NCBI RefSeq assembly: GCF_008831285.2
Contig: NC_045138.2
Span: forward strand, 35,154,001-35,218,000
Direction: 5' to 3'
DNA length: 64,000 nt
Source: Nymphaea colorata
Taxonomy: Eukaryota
Shown: piece by piece, positions 24,793-36,624 of the stretch
How positions within the stretch are numbered: the first letter of the stretch is position 1
Layout of the letters: each line of letters begins with the position of its first letter
Program-made: the position numbers and the translations under genes
Notes under the pieces: model-generated
What the model saw: the letters and a program-made list of their open reading frames with translations, nothing else
What the model was told of the DNA's origin: nothing
Databases searched by the model: none

Positions 24793-27700
24793 TCCGAAGC
24801 ATCCAATGCAGGGAAGGATCCTTCATTTCTTGATTCATACAGCCTCATTTACAAGTTCAAAAAGTTCAGTATCCTAGCTCACAAGTTTTCGTTGAATTAT
24901 CCTTGAAATATTCTCTTTTCTAAAACAACTTAGCCCTCGCATGTAAGATTTTTGGTTCGTGTAAGATGAAAAGTTAGTCACTTCCAATTACTAAATAATA
25001 GTTCAAACCCCACCGAAAGATAGGGCACTTCCCGAAGTATAGGAACTTTTATACCAAAAAACAGGTTTCTCCAATTATAGCCCCTCTTGGAAGTGAAATG
25101 TATCTCTCTCCACCATTTCCCTATTGTAGAGTATGAGACAAATTATGCATTTTGGTTAGGGTCGTATTCTATAGTTTTGATCCTATCATGTATGTCTTTT
25201 TCATTCTCTCAAGTGATCACCCCATGTAATGATATGAAAGGAGACCTAGGTCTGGTTTGGAAGCTCGATGTAAATATATTTTTTTTTTCAATGAGCAAGA
25301 ATATAGTCTGGTAATTAATGGAAAATAAGCGTAGGAATTTTAGGTTGCATCTGTGGTCATGAAGCCAACTTAATTGTGCACTCATGGGTCTGATTACAAA
25401 GGGGCCGAGTCTAGCAAAACGCTTTACATCTTTTGGTCGTAAATGATCCAAATCCGACCCAACATCAAGCACATTTACTTGTTATGGGTTCTACCCATTG
25501 GAAACCCTAGTCAATGGCACTGGCCTGGTGAGTGATTCCCCTCTCTTTCTTCCTCCCCCCACCCCTCCTTTTCAACTGAGAAAAGTGTGTTTGGTTTAAT
25601 TTCAGGAATTAGGGGTGCCGGCGGCTGCACTTGTTACCTACTACTAAAGCCGAGGAAGAAGGTACACACAAGGAATTATTAATTCTGGGTACCAAATTTT
25701 TAATTGCTCGCTGGAGTTTTGGGTTTATGTAAGAAGATTGCAATTATGGATTTAAAAAGAATCCAATGGTAACATCTTTTTAATTCTCCCTTCATTAAAC
25801 AAGACATTATTAATTCTGGAATCTAAATTTCTAGTTATGAAAGGCACGTAAGCAAACTAGAGTTGGAATGAAACTCGTTCGAGTATGATGTGGGACAAAC
25901 TATCAAACAAATTGCAAACAGATCTGCAATTGCGAGGAGGTGGCACTTGCCGGCAACCGTAAAATTTGTGTACTTAAAAGAGATGCAAATTCCAGAAGCT
26001 TAATTTAATTAGTCAACGCAACGGCGGGGAGATGGAAGAGTAAATGACCTAAATATTCGGGCGCTTCTCTGGTGTGGTGGGCGTGCTCGGCGTGGTTGAC
26101 AAAGAGCAGGAGGACGCATGCTTTACCAACTCAGCCGTGACGTTCAGGTGAAAGCACCTAGCTATTGCGGTAGGCAATGGCTTACAACGTCGAATCAGAT
26201 TTGATGCCTGAAATTGGCATCTATTTGAGATTAGAAGAAGGGAAAGAATGTTATTCGGGCAAGCTGGATGTCCCGTGCTGCCCACGCAAGCGGTCCTTAG
26301 GTAATAGAAGCTTTTCTTTTTAGGAAATTTAATGCTGAGTGATTATTTAATGGGAGTTATGAAGTCTATATGATGCTGCACATATTCGTCATCACTGACA
26401 TCTTGCGGTTTTGTTTAAAATTCGTCGTTTCGTTATTTTATTGTGAAGCTCACCATGTTACATAATGCCCAATATAGATTTATATTATTTCACAAAAACT
26501 TGTACGCCATTCACTTTTCTTGTTCGAAAGTCTTGATATTATTCTCGGTAGGAAAGATACTTTCCACTCACCATTACATGTTAACCTCAAAATGATTTGA
26601 AATACTCACAGAAACGGCAGCAAATAGACTTCAAATGCCGAGCTCAAGAAACAAGAGTAGGGAGGAAATTGTCAATATTCATAAGGAAAAAGTGAATGTA
26701 TCATTGATTTGTAGTTTGTACAATCACAAACAGGCAAGCTTCTTCTTACGAAGTAGAAAATGGAATAGAGGATCCTTTGTTGAAAATTAAATTTACAGTG
26801 TTGCTGGAATCCTCTTGGAGGGAAGAGGTAGGGCGAAGAAGGTTCGTGCGTGAAAGTCCAGGCCTCATATCAAAAGATAGGGATGGGCGGAGCGGAACAC
26901 ACAAGTCGTAAAACTAAAAAACCACGCGATGTGTTTTTGCCTTTTCCCTTTCCATTTTGGGTGGAAGATTACGGGCACGGCGGGCAGGGGCTGAGGAAAC
27001 AGCCGGCACGCGACCCTCCTAGTGGAGATGCTGTTCGGCCGGCCCCTCCCTCTGCTGTAATGTCAAAGCTTTTGATTTCCAAGCAAGAAGTGAGAAAGGG
27101 ACACTTCCTTCCTCCAATCACGTAACCCTCGGTTCCACACCAGCCCTGTCAGTGTCAGCCATAACTATTTGTTTCTCAAAACTAGTTTCGTTGTGTTTTT
27201 TATACCAAAATTGGCATGCTTTTGTTCCAAAGAACATGTATGTATAATTCTCTTCGGTGTTTGATTGTTGAATTTAAGAGGAACACTACATTCGCAACAC
27301 ACTTGCCAAAATACACATATAATGCTTTTGGAACATGACACAGCATTACTTTACTTTTCTTTTCTTGTCCAAGTTGGCACACCAATCTAGAATGTCCAGA
27401 TCCCTGGATATGAATTAGGGGAAACAACTTTTTTGGTGGGTCTCATCCAAAACGCCTTAGGAATTAGTTCAGTCCATGCATTTTGATGCCTTAATTTTGT
27501 TTTCTTCTTTAATTCTTAGTGTGCGAGGGCATCGTTTCAGAAACGATCAAACGTCCATTTATTAATAAATATTCTACTCGGGCTTGATCCACAGAAATTA
27601 AGTTGAAGCAAAGGACAACCCCAAACTATGTGCGCAAGGAAGAAAATCTATCCCCTCGTTTTGCTACTAGGTTTCATCCCAGCACACCAAGTTAAAGAGC

Positions 27701-28052
27701 GTCAGAAAACGTCCTTAGCGTGTGCTCTGTCTACTAACACTTCCTTTCAAGGCCCTTTCACCTCTTCTTACGCCAACTCCTAAACAATAGTTACAGCAGA
27801 GCAGCCAGCTACCTGAGAGAAGTGGAGAGACCATGCAATAGATTGATTATTTGGATACGAAAGGACCTTCCCTTGCCCCTTCCTCCTTGACAACGCACTT
27901 GTTATGTGTGCTCAACAAGTTGTTGACGTGGGCAAGTCATACCACCCCGCCGCGTCTGCTGTTTCCTAAACCTGGAAAAAGGAAGTCGTCAGCACGTCTT
28001 TCTAGCCTTCTGCCCACCGTCTGTACCAATCCGCTGTCAAATAATTTTGCTT

Positions 28053-28058
28053 TATAAA
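28053..28058 (+). promoter_or_regulatory. Probable TATA box of the pyruvate kinase gene
   Basis: TATAAA preceded by CCAAT (28026) and followed by a pyrimidine-rich 5' UTR, about 200 bp before the ATG. Confidence 0.5.
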
Positions 28059-28256
28059 CCCCTCCTCCTCTCCCACCACCCTTCCTTTCCTTGTTGTGAA
28101 AAGGTGGTGGCCCTCGGCTTTCACCATCGCCCCCACCCTCCTCTCTCCTTCCCTGTTCAAAATCTCCCTTCCTTTCCCATACCCCTGCTCTAGTGCTCTT
28201 CCTCTTTCTCCTCCTTTTTTGACACCATCCTCTTCTCCACCACGCGGGAGCTCCTT

Positions 28257-31200
28257 ATGGAGATGGGGAGCAGGCCCAAAACAAAGATAGTTTGCACCTT
28301 AGGTCCAGCATCCATGTCCGTGGAGATGCTCGAGAAGCTGCTCAAGGCGGGCATGAACGTCGCTAGGTTCAACTTCTCTCACGGTACCCATGCTTACCAT
28401 CAACAGGTGCTGGACAACCTGCACGATGCCATGACCAATACTGGTTTACTCTGTGCGGTCATGCTTGATACCAAGGTAATTACCATGGCTCCTCTTTTGC
28501 TTCCTCTCCCTCTCCTTCTTTTCCGCCTTCTTGTGAGATGCGTGAGGGAGGGGCCGCGTGCGTGTACTGTGTATTCCCCCTCGGACTCCTTTGAACGACA
28601 GCGGCTTAGTTATTTGGCATGCATCCTACCACATAATGTAGAAACTAGAATGGACGATGAATGTCGTCTCCTTTTTCCCTTCGTTCATTTTGTATGCAAG
28701 TATGTCTAACATTGCCAGCAATATGACAAGTTCACGAAATGACTCATTGACCTCTTTGCATTTCTCAAGATTTAGCAAGGAATCGAACGAGGACACAGTT
28801 TTTTTCCCTACTTTCATCGGTTCTTCTTTGCCTGCTCTTCGTCGGCCTCTCAATCCCATCGTCGAAAATGCCAAAGTCTCGTCCTTTTTTCTTTTCAAAT
28901 TTTTCTGGTTGCTTATTTTGTTTTCTTTTCATTTCTCATCGACCTGTCTAATGGGCCCCATACATCTACGCTCTTCCAAGAAAGAACTCCACGTTATGAT
29001 ATCAATGTTTAAGCACATATTGCAGTGCAGATCATCCAGCGAAGTTCTGCAAAGCCCTTTTTCATTCACCACAGGAGTAAATAGAGCCATCCCCTGCTTC
29101 GAACCATCAACCAACAGCCAACGGCCAACGGCCTGGTTCACTAGTTCACGTCTCCCACTTCTCAGTCCTCTGTCTATGCTTTGTGATGAAAGAAAAGGGT
29201 TGTATCTTAGGGCACTTGTTTTGCGGCTTTTGGCTTCCAAAGCATGCCAACATTTCTTCAAGAGTTACTTTGTATGCTTCTCCCGCAGAAAAGCTGATCT
29301 TGCCTATGCTCTAGTACATTCAGACGTCCTTAGATCATTCGTTTGTAACTCAAATTGGACTAACTGTTCCGCCCTTCTCAAAGTTAGGCTTACAATCTGC
29401 AAACCAACTGCTTGTGCAGTTGCATCTCACAGACAACAGAAGCTACCCAACTATCAGCGCGCACTTTCTATCTGTCGCAAAGAAAATCAAACATGTGAGG
29501 CACTTCTTATGTATGAACTCGATATACTATCGGTGTACAAAATACAAGGGGATATAGGACAGGACAGGGAGTGATATAGGCAACAAGAACCATGAATGCA
29601 TTCTTCTCCTCTTCTGGAATGCAACACACAAGAGATAACATCTTTCAACAGTGGGAAGAGAACCAGATTAATCTTCTTGCTTATTCGTTTTGACGTTATT
29701 TTTATTCGTTTTGACGTTATTTTTATCCGTTTCGTCACTCCTTTTTCCTTTTCAAGTTTAGATAGCATTTTCGTAATCGCTCAACATTTTTGGCGGCTAG
29801 GTTGGTTTCCTTATATTAATAAGGTTCCTTTTTCATGTTCTTCCACCCTTTTTTAGCCTGCAACTACACTATGTCACTAACGTAAAAATAGCACATCGCA
29901 AGGAGCTTGGTGGTATATGAAGTCCATTATATACATTAGTAATGGGTAGGGACTTTTCTTAATGCAGGGACCAGAAATTCGAACTGGTTTTCTTAAAGAT
30001 GGAAAGCCAATAAATCTTACGAAGGGGCAGGAGATCACAATTACCACAGACTACAGCATCAAGGGAGACACAAATATTATCTCGATGAGTTACCGCAAAT
30101 TAGCAGAGGATCTCAAGCCCGGAAGTGTCATCCTCTGCTCGGATGGTACTATCACGCTTTCTGTCCTGTCATGCGACAAGGAACGCGGCCTTGTGTGTTG
30201 CCGTTGTGAGAACTCTGCGACTCTCGGGGAGAGGAAGAATGTTAACCTACCAGGCGTGATTGTTGACCTCCCAACTTTGACTGAGAAAGATAAAGATGAT
30301 ATCTTAAATTGGGGTGTCCCCAACAAGATTGACATGATTGCTCTTTCCTTTGTTCGGAAGGGTTCTGACCTTATCGAGGTCCGGAAGCTGCTGGGAGAGC
30401 ATGCCAAGAAGATCCTTCTCATGTCTAAGGTACGCCGCCCCCATCTTCACTTGCCTCATCTATTGAAATCCTTTCCACTCTTCCACTCGTGAGGTTCCTT
30501 GTCTTTAAACGGTTGCTCTGTACAGGTCGAAAATCAGGAAGGAGTCACCAATTTTGATGACATCCTTGCTAACACGGATGCGTTCATGGTGGCCCGAGGA
30601 GACTTGGGCATGGAAATCCCCATTGAGAAAATTTTCTTGGCTCAGAAGGTCATGATATACAAATGCAATGTCCAGGGGAAGCCTGTTGTTACTGCAACTC
30701 AGATGTTGGAGTCGATGATTAAGTCACCTCGCCCCACGCGTGCAGAAGCTACAGATGTAGCAAATGCAGTACTTGATGGGACCGATTGCGTAATGCTCAG
30801 CGGTGAGACTGCGGCTGGAGCATATCCCGAGCTGGCCGTGCGGACCATGGCCAAGATTTGCATAGAAGCAGAATCATCACTAGATTATGGGTCCGTCTTC
30901 AAAACCCTCATGCTCTCAGCACCCATGCCGATGAGCCCGTTAGAAAGTTTGGCTTCTTCAGCCGTTAAAACTGCCAATTCAGCAAAAGCAGCATTGATCT
31001 TGGTTTTAACAAGGGGAGGAACCACCGCAAGGTTGGTGGCGAAGTATAGGCCGGCGATGCCAGTTCTCTCTGTGGTGGTACCTGAGATAACCACCGACTC
31101 TTTCAACTGGTATTGCAGCGACGAATCACCAGCTAGGCACAGTCTCATTGTAAGAGGGCTGATCCCGCTGTTGAGCGCGGGATCAGCTAAGGCTTCTGAT

Positions 31201-31338
31201 TCTGAATCAACGGAGCACGCGCTTGAATTTTCCATTCAGTATGCCAAAGATAAAGGTCTCTGCAGTCCTGGCGATTCTATTGTTGCATTGCACCGTGTAG
31301 GAACTGCTTCGATGATCAAACTAATGACCGTCAATTGA
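28257..31338 (+). CDS. PK: Cytosolic pyruvate kinase, 497 aa, 3 exons
   Basis: Exons 28257-28475, 29968-30429 and 30526-31338 (GT-AG, all phase 0). Motifs [70 protein letters not shown]. No transit peptide. Confidence 0.97.
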
Positions 31339-32141
31339 AGTTCTCGCAAACTGGCAGGAATAACAGGATTTTCTTTTTCCATGTTTTTCTTCGTTCGTGT
31401 GTGTGTCTTGTCCTGTGGTCCTAGGGTCAGCTCTTGTCTACCTCAGGCGCTGCATTTTTGTACGTTTTGCTAGTCCTCTAGCAGTTTTTGTTGTTTCTGG
31501 TAGTTCCTGAGATTCCCGACAGAAAATGCAGATTCGTTTTTTTATTAATGTAATAGTTGAGAATGTGAAAGGAACAAGTTGAATAATCACAGATCACATT
31601 GTGCTTTGCTGGAACATTAGCTGCTGGTTTGACGCTCTATTCATTTCCCAGTGATGTTGATCCGGACAATTGGTTCCTTGCGTTGCTTGTCATCAACTTA
31701 TTCATCAGTACATTATTCATAACTGAGCAATGCACAAATCGACCATTGCTCGAGAAGAGCGACACATGCAAGCAATAATAAATTCTTCAACAGATAAAAT
31801 CACAGATGTTGAGTAGCATATTATACATGATTTCGATCACCCTCTTTCTGGAGATACTGCGAAAAATAAAAAGAGATTGTTGGCGGGATGGTTTCCCATT
31901 ACTTCTTACAAGGATTGCTGCTACGAGCATTATAGAAAAGCTGATTGCTACTACAAGCATACAGATATACAAAAGCTTAATTATAGCAGTAGAGCACTTT
32001 CATTATCGCTCAGTAGAGAGGAACTCCACAACAGGTCAGAGGCAGAATATAACATACTTTGCTTTTGCGTGATTCACAAAGAGGGTTTATGTACACAGAG
32101 AATGAAGATCAAACCGCCACTCGGCAATTTCAAATGGAACA

Positions 32142-33194
32142 TCAATTTTCATCTATTCTCGAAGCATTTCCAGGGAAAGAAGTATTATCACTCTGAGAGA
32201 ACAACCCGTTAAAAGGCCACGGCATGGGTACCCAAAACCTCCTAGCGCTGTCTGCCCCTTCTTCCCCATCTCTTTCTGCAGTTCCCTCATCGTTACCTAT
32301 CACCCCATTTCCCCCATCGGAACCGTTGCCGGAGCCGTGTGATTCTTTGGACTCGTCTACTGGCATCTGATACCGGCAAACAGGGCAGGAGCTGTGAAGC
32401 TCCAGCCATGGCAGAATACACTCAGAGTGGAATTTATGCTTGCAGGGCATCTCCCTAGCCTTGGACTCGAACTCAAAATCTTCTATACATATTGGACATC
32501 GCAGGTTCTCACCAACTTGCACCGTGGGCATCGCATCAACTGCCTCCTTCTGAGCCGGCGGGGTCCTGTACCTGCTGGGATCATTTTCTGCAAGATGCTG
32601 CAGGAGCAGATCTAAGCCAGGCCCAATGAAATAATCTCCCAGGGAGGCGCCAACCCTGTTGTTGGAACCTGAGTCGCGACTCTGGCCTTGCGCCTGAGTC
32701 GAATCCAGCGCTCTTTGAAGGACTATCGCGTGATGGAAGGGATTTATCAATACCAAGCGATTCAGATCGCTGGCTTCCGGGTCGTCGGGCTCTGTCGCCA
32801 TTCCTTCTCTTAGGCTTCTAAGCAGTTGAAGGATTGCAGCGCCCCCGCTCCTCCTCCTCCTCTGACCGGCTTCTGGTTCTCCATCTCCACCCACTGTTTG
32901 CTCATCATCCTCTGTCTGCAGTTGCCCTTCCTCTTCGCGATCGTCCTCCTCTACTCTTCTTCTGAACCTTCGTCGCCTCCGAGAAGGTCCCATCATGCCC
33001 AACAGGATAGGAGCCCACAGGGAGAGGGCCCAATCTGATTCCGATTCCGCGTCCTGAGAATCTCCCCTCCAGCTCTCCATCTCCTCCACAAACCCGCTAT
33101 CACATACGGGGCACTTCATCTCCACCTCCATAACCGGATTCACAACACGAGAGCACACATGACACCAGTATCTTCCGGCCGCAGCATCACCCAT
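32142..33194 (-). CDS. E3 ubiquitin ligase with N-terminal zinc ribbon and C-terminal RING-H2 (RING1/SIRP1/BTL-like), 350 aa
   Basis: ATG at 33194 (MGDAAAGRYWCHVC...CPVCDSGFVEEM); GDYFIGPGLDLLLQHLAENDP; CPIC...PCKHKFHSECILPWLELHSSCPVCR. Single coding exon, with a probable 5' UTR intron at about 33606-33197. Confidence 0.93.
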   Translation of the reverse strand: MGDAAAGRYWCHVCSRVVNPVMEVEMKCPVCDSGFVEEMESWRGDSQDAESESDWALSLWAPILLGMMGPSRRRRRFRRRVEEDDREEEGQLQTEDDEQTVGGDGEPEAGQRRRRSGGAAILQLLRSLREGMATEPDDPEASDLNRLVLINPFHHAIVLQRALDSTQAQGQSRDSGSNNRVGASLGDYFIGPGLDLLLQHLAENDPSRYRTPPAQKEAVDAMPTVQVGENLRCPICIEDFEFESKAREMPCKHKFHSECILPWLELHSSCPVCRYQMPVDESKESHGSGNGSDGGNGVIGNDEGTAERDGEEGADSARRFWVPMPWPFNGLFSQSDNTSFPGNASRIDEN

Positions 33195-34635
33195 TCCTGC
33201 AGATCCAACAGCTATCAACAAAATAACCCCAGAGGATGGCTCAAATACCTCAAAACAACCACCGACGGAAAATGGATCAGAGCCTCGTCGCACTCCAAGG
33301 ACAAGAAATCAACAAAGAAACCAGAGTCAAACTTTCCGGTGATCGTTTAGGAACCGTTAAAAAAAAGAGAGAAAAAAATCTTTTTCCCTTCCGCTCTTCG
33401 AATCGGTAGCATAAAAGGACAGAAATATAAATTGAGAGCACGGAGAAGTAGGTTAATTGGGGTGCGATGCCAATTTGTGACTACAATAAGCTACGACATA
33501 TATGATTCCCAACCAAATTTCTGAAGAGAAAAGAGGGCAGGGGAAGAAGAAGAAAAAGTCCTTGGCCAAATCTACATGCATGCAAAAGAGGGTTAAGAGA
33601 TTTAACCTTTGTTGATGTGGCCCTGTGATTGCTTCAGAATCCGAAGGAGGGGAGCAGGAGAGAGGAAGAGACGAAAGGGGATTGCAGGCAAGGGGAAGAA
33701 GGGATGCGTCGCCGTCGCTTTTCTTTTCCTTCTTATGTCGTGCTTTTTATGTTTCATTTCCCTTGGTTTTGTTCTTTTCGTTCAAGAGATGCGTAGGGGT
33801 GGGAACCCGGAACCTCATTTTCCTTGTCAAGAACAGACGGACACTCTCCCTCTCCTCATTTCTCTCTCATCCGATTCCATGGCATTAGCTATTTTTGGTT
33901 CCACCCACCGTTAGCCGACAAGTAACAAGCGTGAGTACGCTTTGTCCAGTTGTTTTCAAACACGCAAATGTTGATTGACCACACAAGCCAGGCATTTAAG
34001 ATGTGTATAGTACCTGTTTGATAAGGCGTCATTACGTCCTGTTTTTCTACAAGCGTCATACTTCACAGTACCTAAAACATGGCTTTGCCCAATTTACCAC
34101 TTAAATTCCTTGACAAAGAACAGATCTGCCGGCTTTGGTTCTATGTCGTTAGTTGCCTTAAACTTAGGGAGCCTGTGTCTAACTTGCTTTCAAACTTCTT
34201 TTGTCATTTTACTTGGGAGAAACCGCCTCTTCCATTTTAACTTGTTTTGGGCCTAAGTGAACTTATGTCACATTATTTAACTCAGATGTCATGCTTGCGA
34301 CGTTTGCATCTTCTTAAAAAATAGCAGAGCAGTAACGCATTGTGTAACCTCGATGGCGGGAGTCAAACTTCCAAGCCCAAAACCAAAAGGTATCAAGCCC
34401 AAAACCAAAAGGTATGATAGGGTTTCTTGTAATTTTTTTTCTTGTTCTTACCTGTTAAAGGTTCCACATCACATGACCGATCTTTTTGCATTCGACAAAG
34501 GACCATCCTCTCCTGTTTTGCCTTTGCATTCTCCATTAGAAATTGAACATCTAGTTCTCATGCCTTCTGGCCTAGAGGTTTTACGGGGTTGTAGACTCTG
34601 CCTCATGCATGCACTTGCGTTTGAGACATAACTCT

Positions 34636-35254
34636 TGTCATGACCCAGCCCACTCTTACATCAAGCTCGGGCTCGGGCTCAGGGTTTGATAGATACAACC
34701 CATCCCCTAATAGTTTTGATTCCAACCTAAAAAAGAATAAGAACTAAGACAACCAATCACTTAACAATCCTCTTTACAAGCCTTTTAAGATTTTTTTACA
34801 ATCTTATGTACAAGACTAAACTTTGAGAGCGTTACAAGCCACTACCTTAAAGCACATGCATCCGGCATATACCATATAGGACCTTAGGTCCACGTACCTT
34901 AGCAGTTTCAGTCACAATAAAAAAAGATTAAAAATCAAAACAATCAATCACTTGACAACCTTCTTTATAAATCTTTTAAGATTATTCACAATGTAAGATA
35001 TGAGACTAAACTTTTTAAAGTAGGGCGTTACAATCCTTAAGGCATACATGTCCACGCTTGTCCTGAACCAGCTTTAATACCAATGTAATGGTCAAGTTGG
35101 TAGATTTCAACACATCCTCTAATAGCTTTGGTTTCAATCCCAAAAAAGCTATAAACCATAACTAATCACTTAACAACCTCTTTTATAAGTCTCTTCAGAT
35201 TCTTCATAATTTTAGATAATTTTAGATACGATATTAAACTTTTAGGGTATTACA
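34636..35254 (-). mobile_element. TRIM (terminal-repeat retrotransposon in miniature), tandem form with three LTR-like units
   Basis: TG...CA ends with 5-bp TSD ACTCT (34631-34635, 35255-35259). Related units end at 34836, 35032 and 35254 and share ACCAATCACTTAACAA..CTTTA.AAG..TT..AGATT...ACTAAACTTT. Degenerate iMet PBS TGGTATTAAAGC (minus, 35082-35071); no coding capacity. Confidence 0.75.
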
Positions 35255-35769
35255 ACTCTAACCGACCAACAAGATATTTTTTGCTTCAGCTAAGCAAAGA
35301 GACTTGAGTTAATGAAACAACCATAAGTGGTGAGCAAAGGGAGAGAGCCTTGAATCAAATTGGATTCTGTCACCAGCCTTTTTCCCAAGGCGATGTGTGG
35401 GTCAGATGCGGTGGTAGGAGAGTCGCCGAGGTTAATCTGTCAAGTGGGAACGTTCGTTAATTAATTGGCCTTCATACTCTAGTCGACGAACAAAAAGGAC
35501 TTTTAATGATGAAGCTTACTTATCCTTATTTCCCTTTTGTTTCTTGCCTACCGTTTCCTTCAATCTTTTGACTGAAACAACACAAAGTGGTAGATGAAGT
35601 ATCGAAGCTTTAAAAACAAAATGATAGTCTTCAGGGTGTCAGGTAGAGAGTACTGTAGGAGAGGAAATAGTTAATAGTTGAGCCGCTTCCTAACAATCAT
35701 TACTCCAAAATTCATTCCAGCAAGGAATGAATGCATTTTGTACGTTCCACATTCAAAGAGACAAGCTTA

Positions 35770-35785
35770 CGTTAGGAACGAGCCC

Positions 35786-35831
<46 letters not shown>

Positions 35832-36070
35832 ACAAAGAAGGAAGAAAACCCACGAGGATCTTAATGTGGTTGGGATACCAAAGTTCGCTTACATCCATCG
35901 CTAAGGTTTTTTCACCAACTCAGAATAGAGAATATAAGAGATAACCACCGCTCTTCAACATGAGAATTAGAGAGACACTACAAAAATGGCAAAACTTCCA
36001 TAATGTGCTTATAAAATTTCAAGGAAATTAAGGAAACCTATTAAATAGCGATCATACTCCACACTAAACA
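35770..36070. mobile_element. Solo LTR (copia-like) containing a (CT)n(CA)n microsatellite
   Basis: 5-bp TSD GCTTA (35765-35769, 36071-36075); ends CGTTAG...CTAAACA (TG apparently mutated to CG). Confidence 0.55.
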
Positions 36071-36624
36071 GCTTATACTTCTCCGCCGCAGCTATGCCGA
36101 GAACAGAAGCAACTTAGGACCCATACAACAATGAAATAGCAAGAGAAGGGCTATTCTTCTCACACAGACACATCAGGAGCACTCTCTCTCCCCTTCCAAG
36201 GACCAACTGTTTTATAAGGAAGGCCAACACTGGACCTAGCATTCTCAATTGGGGCTCTATTTGCGAAGAGGCAGCCTGATGCGGTTCATGCACTTGGAAA
36301 AATCTTCGCCAGATTACTGTAATGATAGTCAGCTGGCAGGTTAGCTGTGGTTGGAGGTTATGCATGTAGGAGTGGAAGTGAACAGAAAAGTGACATCCCC
36401 TTGAATCAGGAATTTACTTCCCCTCCCTACAAGGCATCAAAGCATCTCAGGACTTGGCATAAGTTATTCATGGATTAAACACAGGAAAATCTATGCAAGC
36501 CAAATTTTGCAAAGAAAATATTACACAAACTCCTCTCCATGGATTCTGTTTCATTCTCAACAGTCATGTCAGCGAGACAACAAGGTCAAAATTTCTGACG
36601 ACATGGCAGTAACTTTTTTGTTAC

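Noticed and set aside
29681..29733. Short tandem dimers (21 bp here; 22 bp at about 34372-34415; 24 bp at about 54707-54751)
   Set aside because: Ordinary slippage duplications with no further structure.
33195..33293. 33-residue N-terminal extension of the RING ORF in the ORF track
   Set aside because: It starts at a non-ATG codon and lies in the probable 5' UTR intron; the family's N-terminus begins at ATG 33194.
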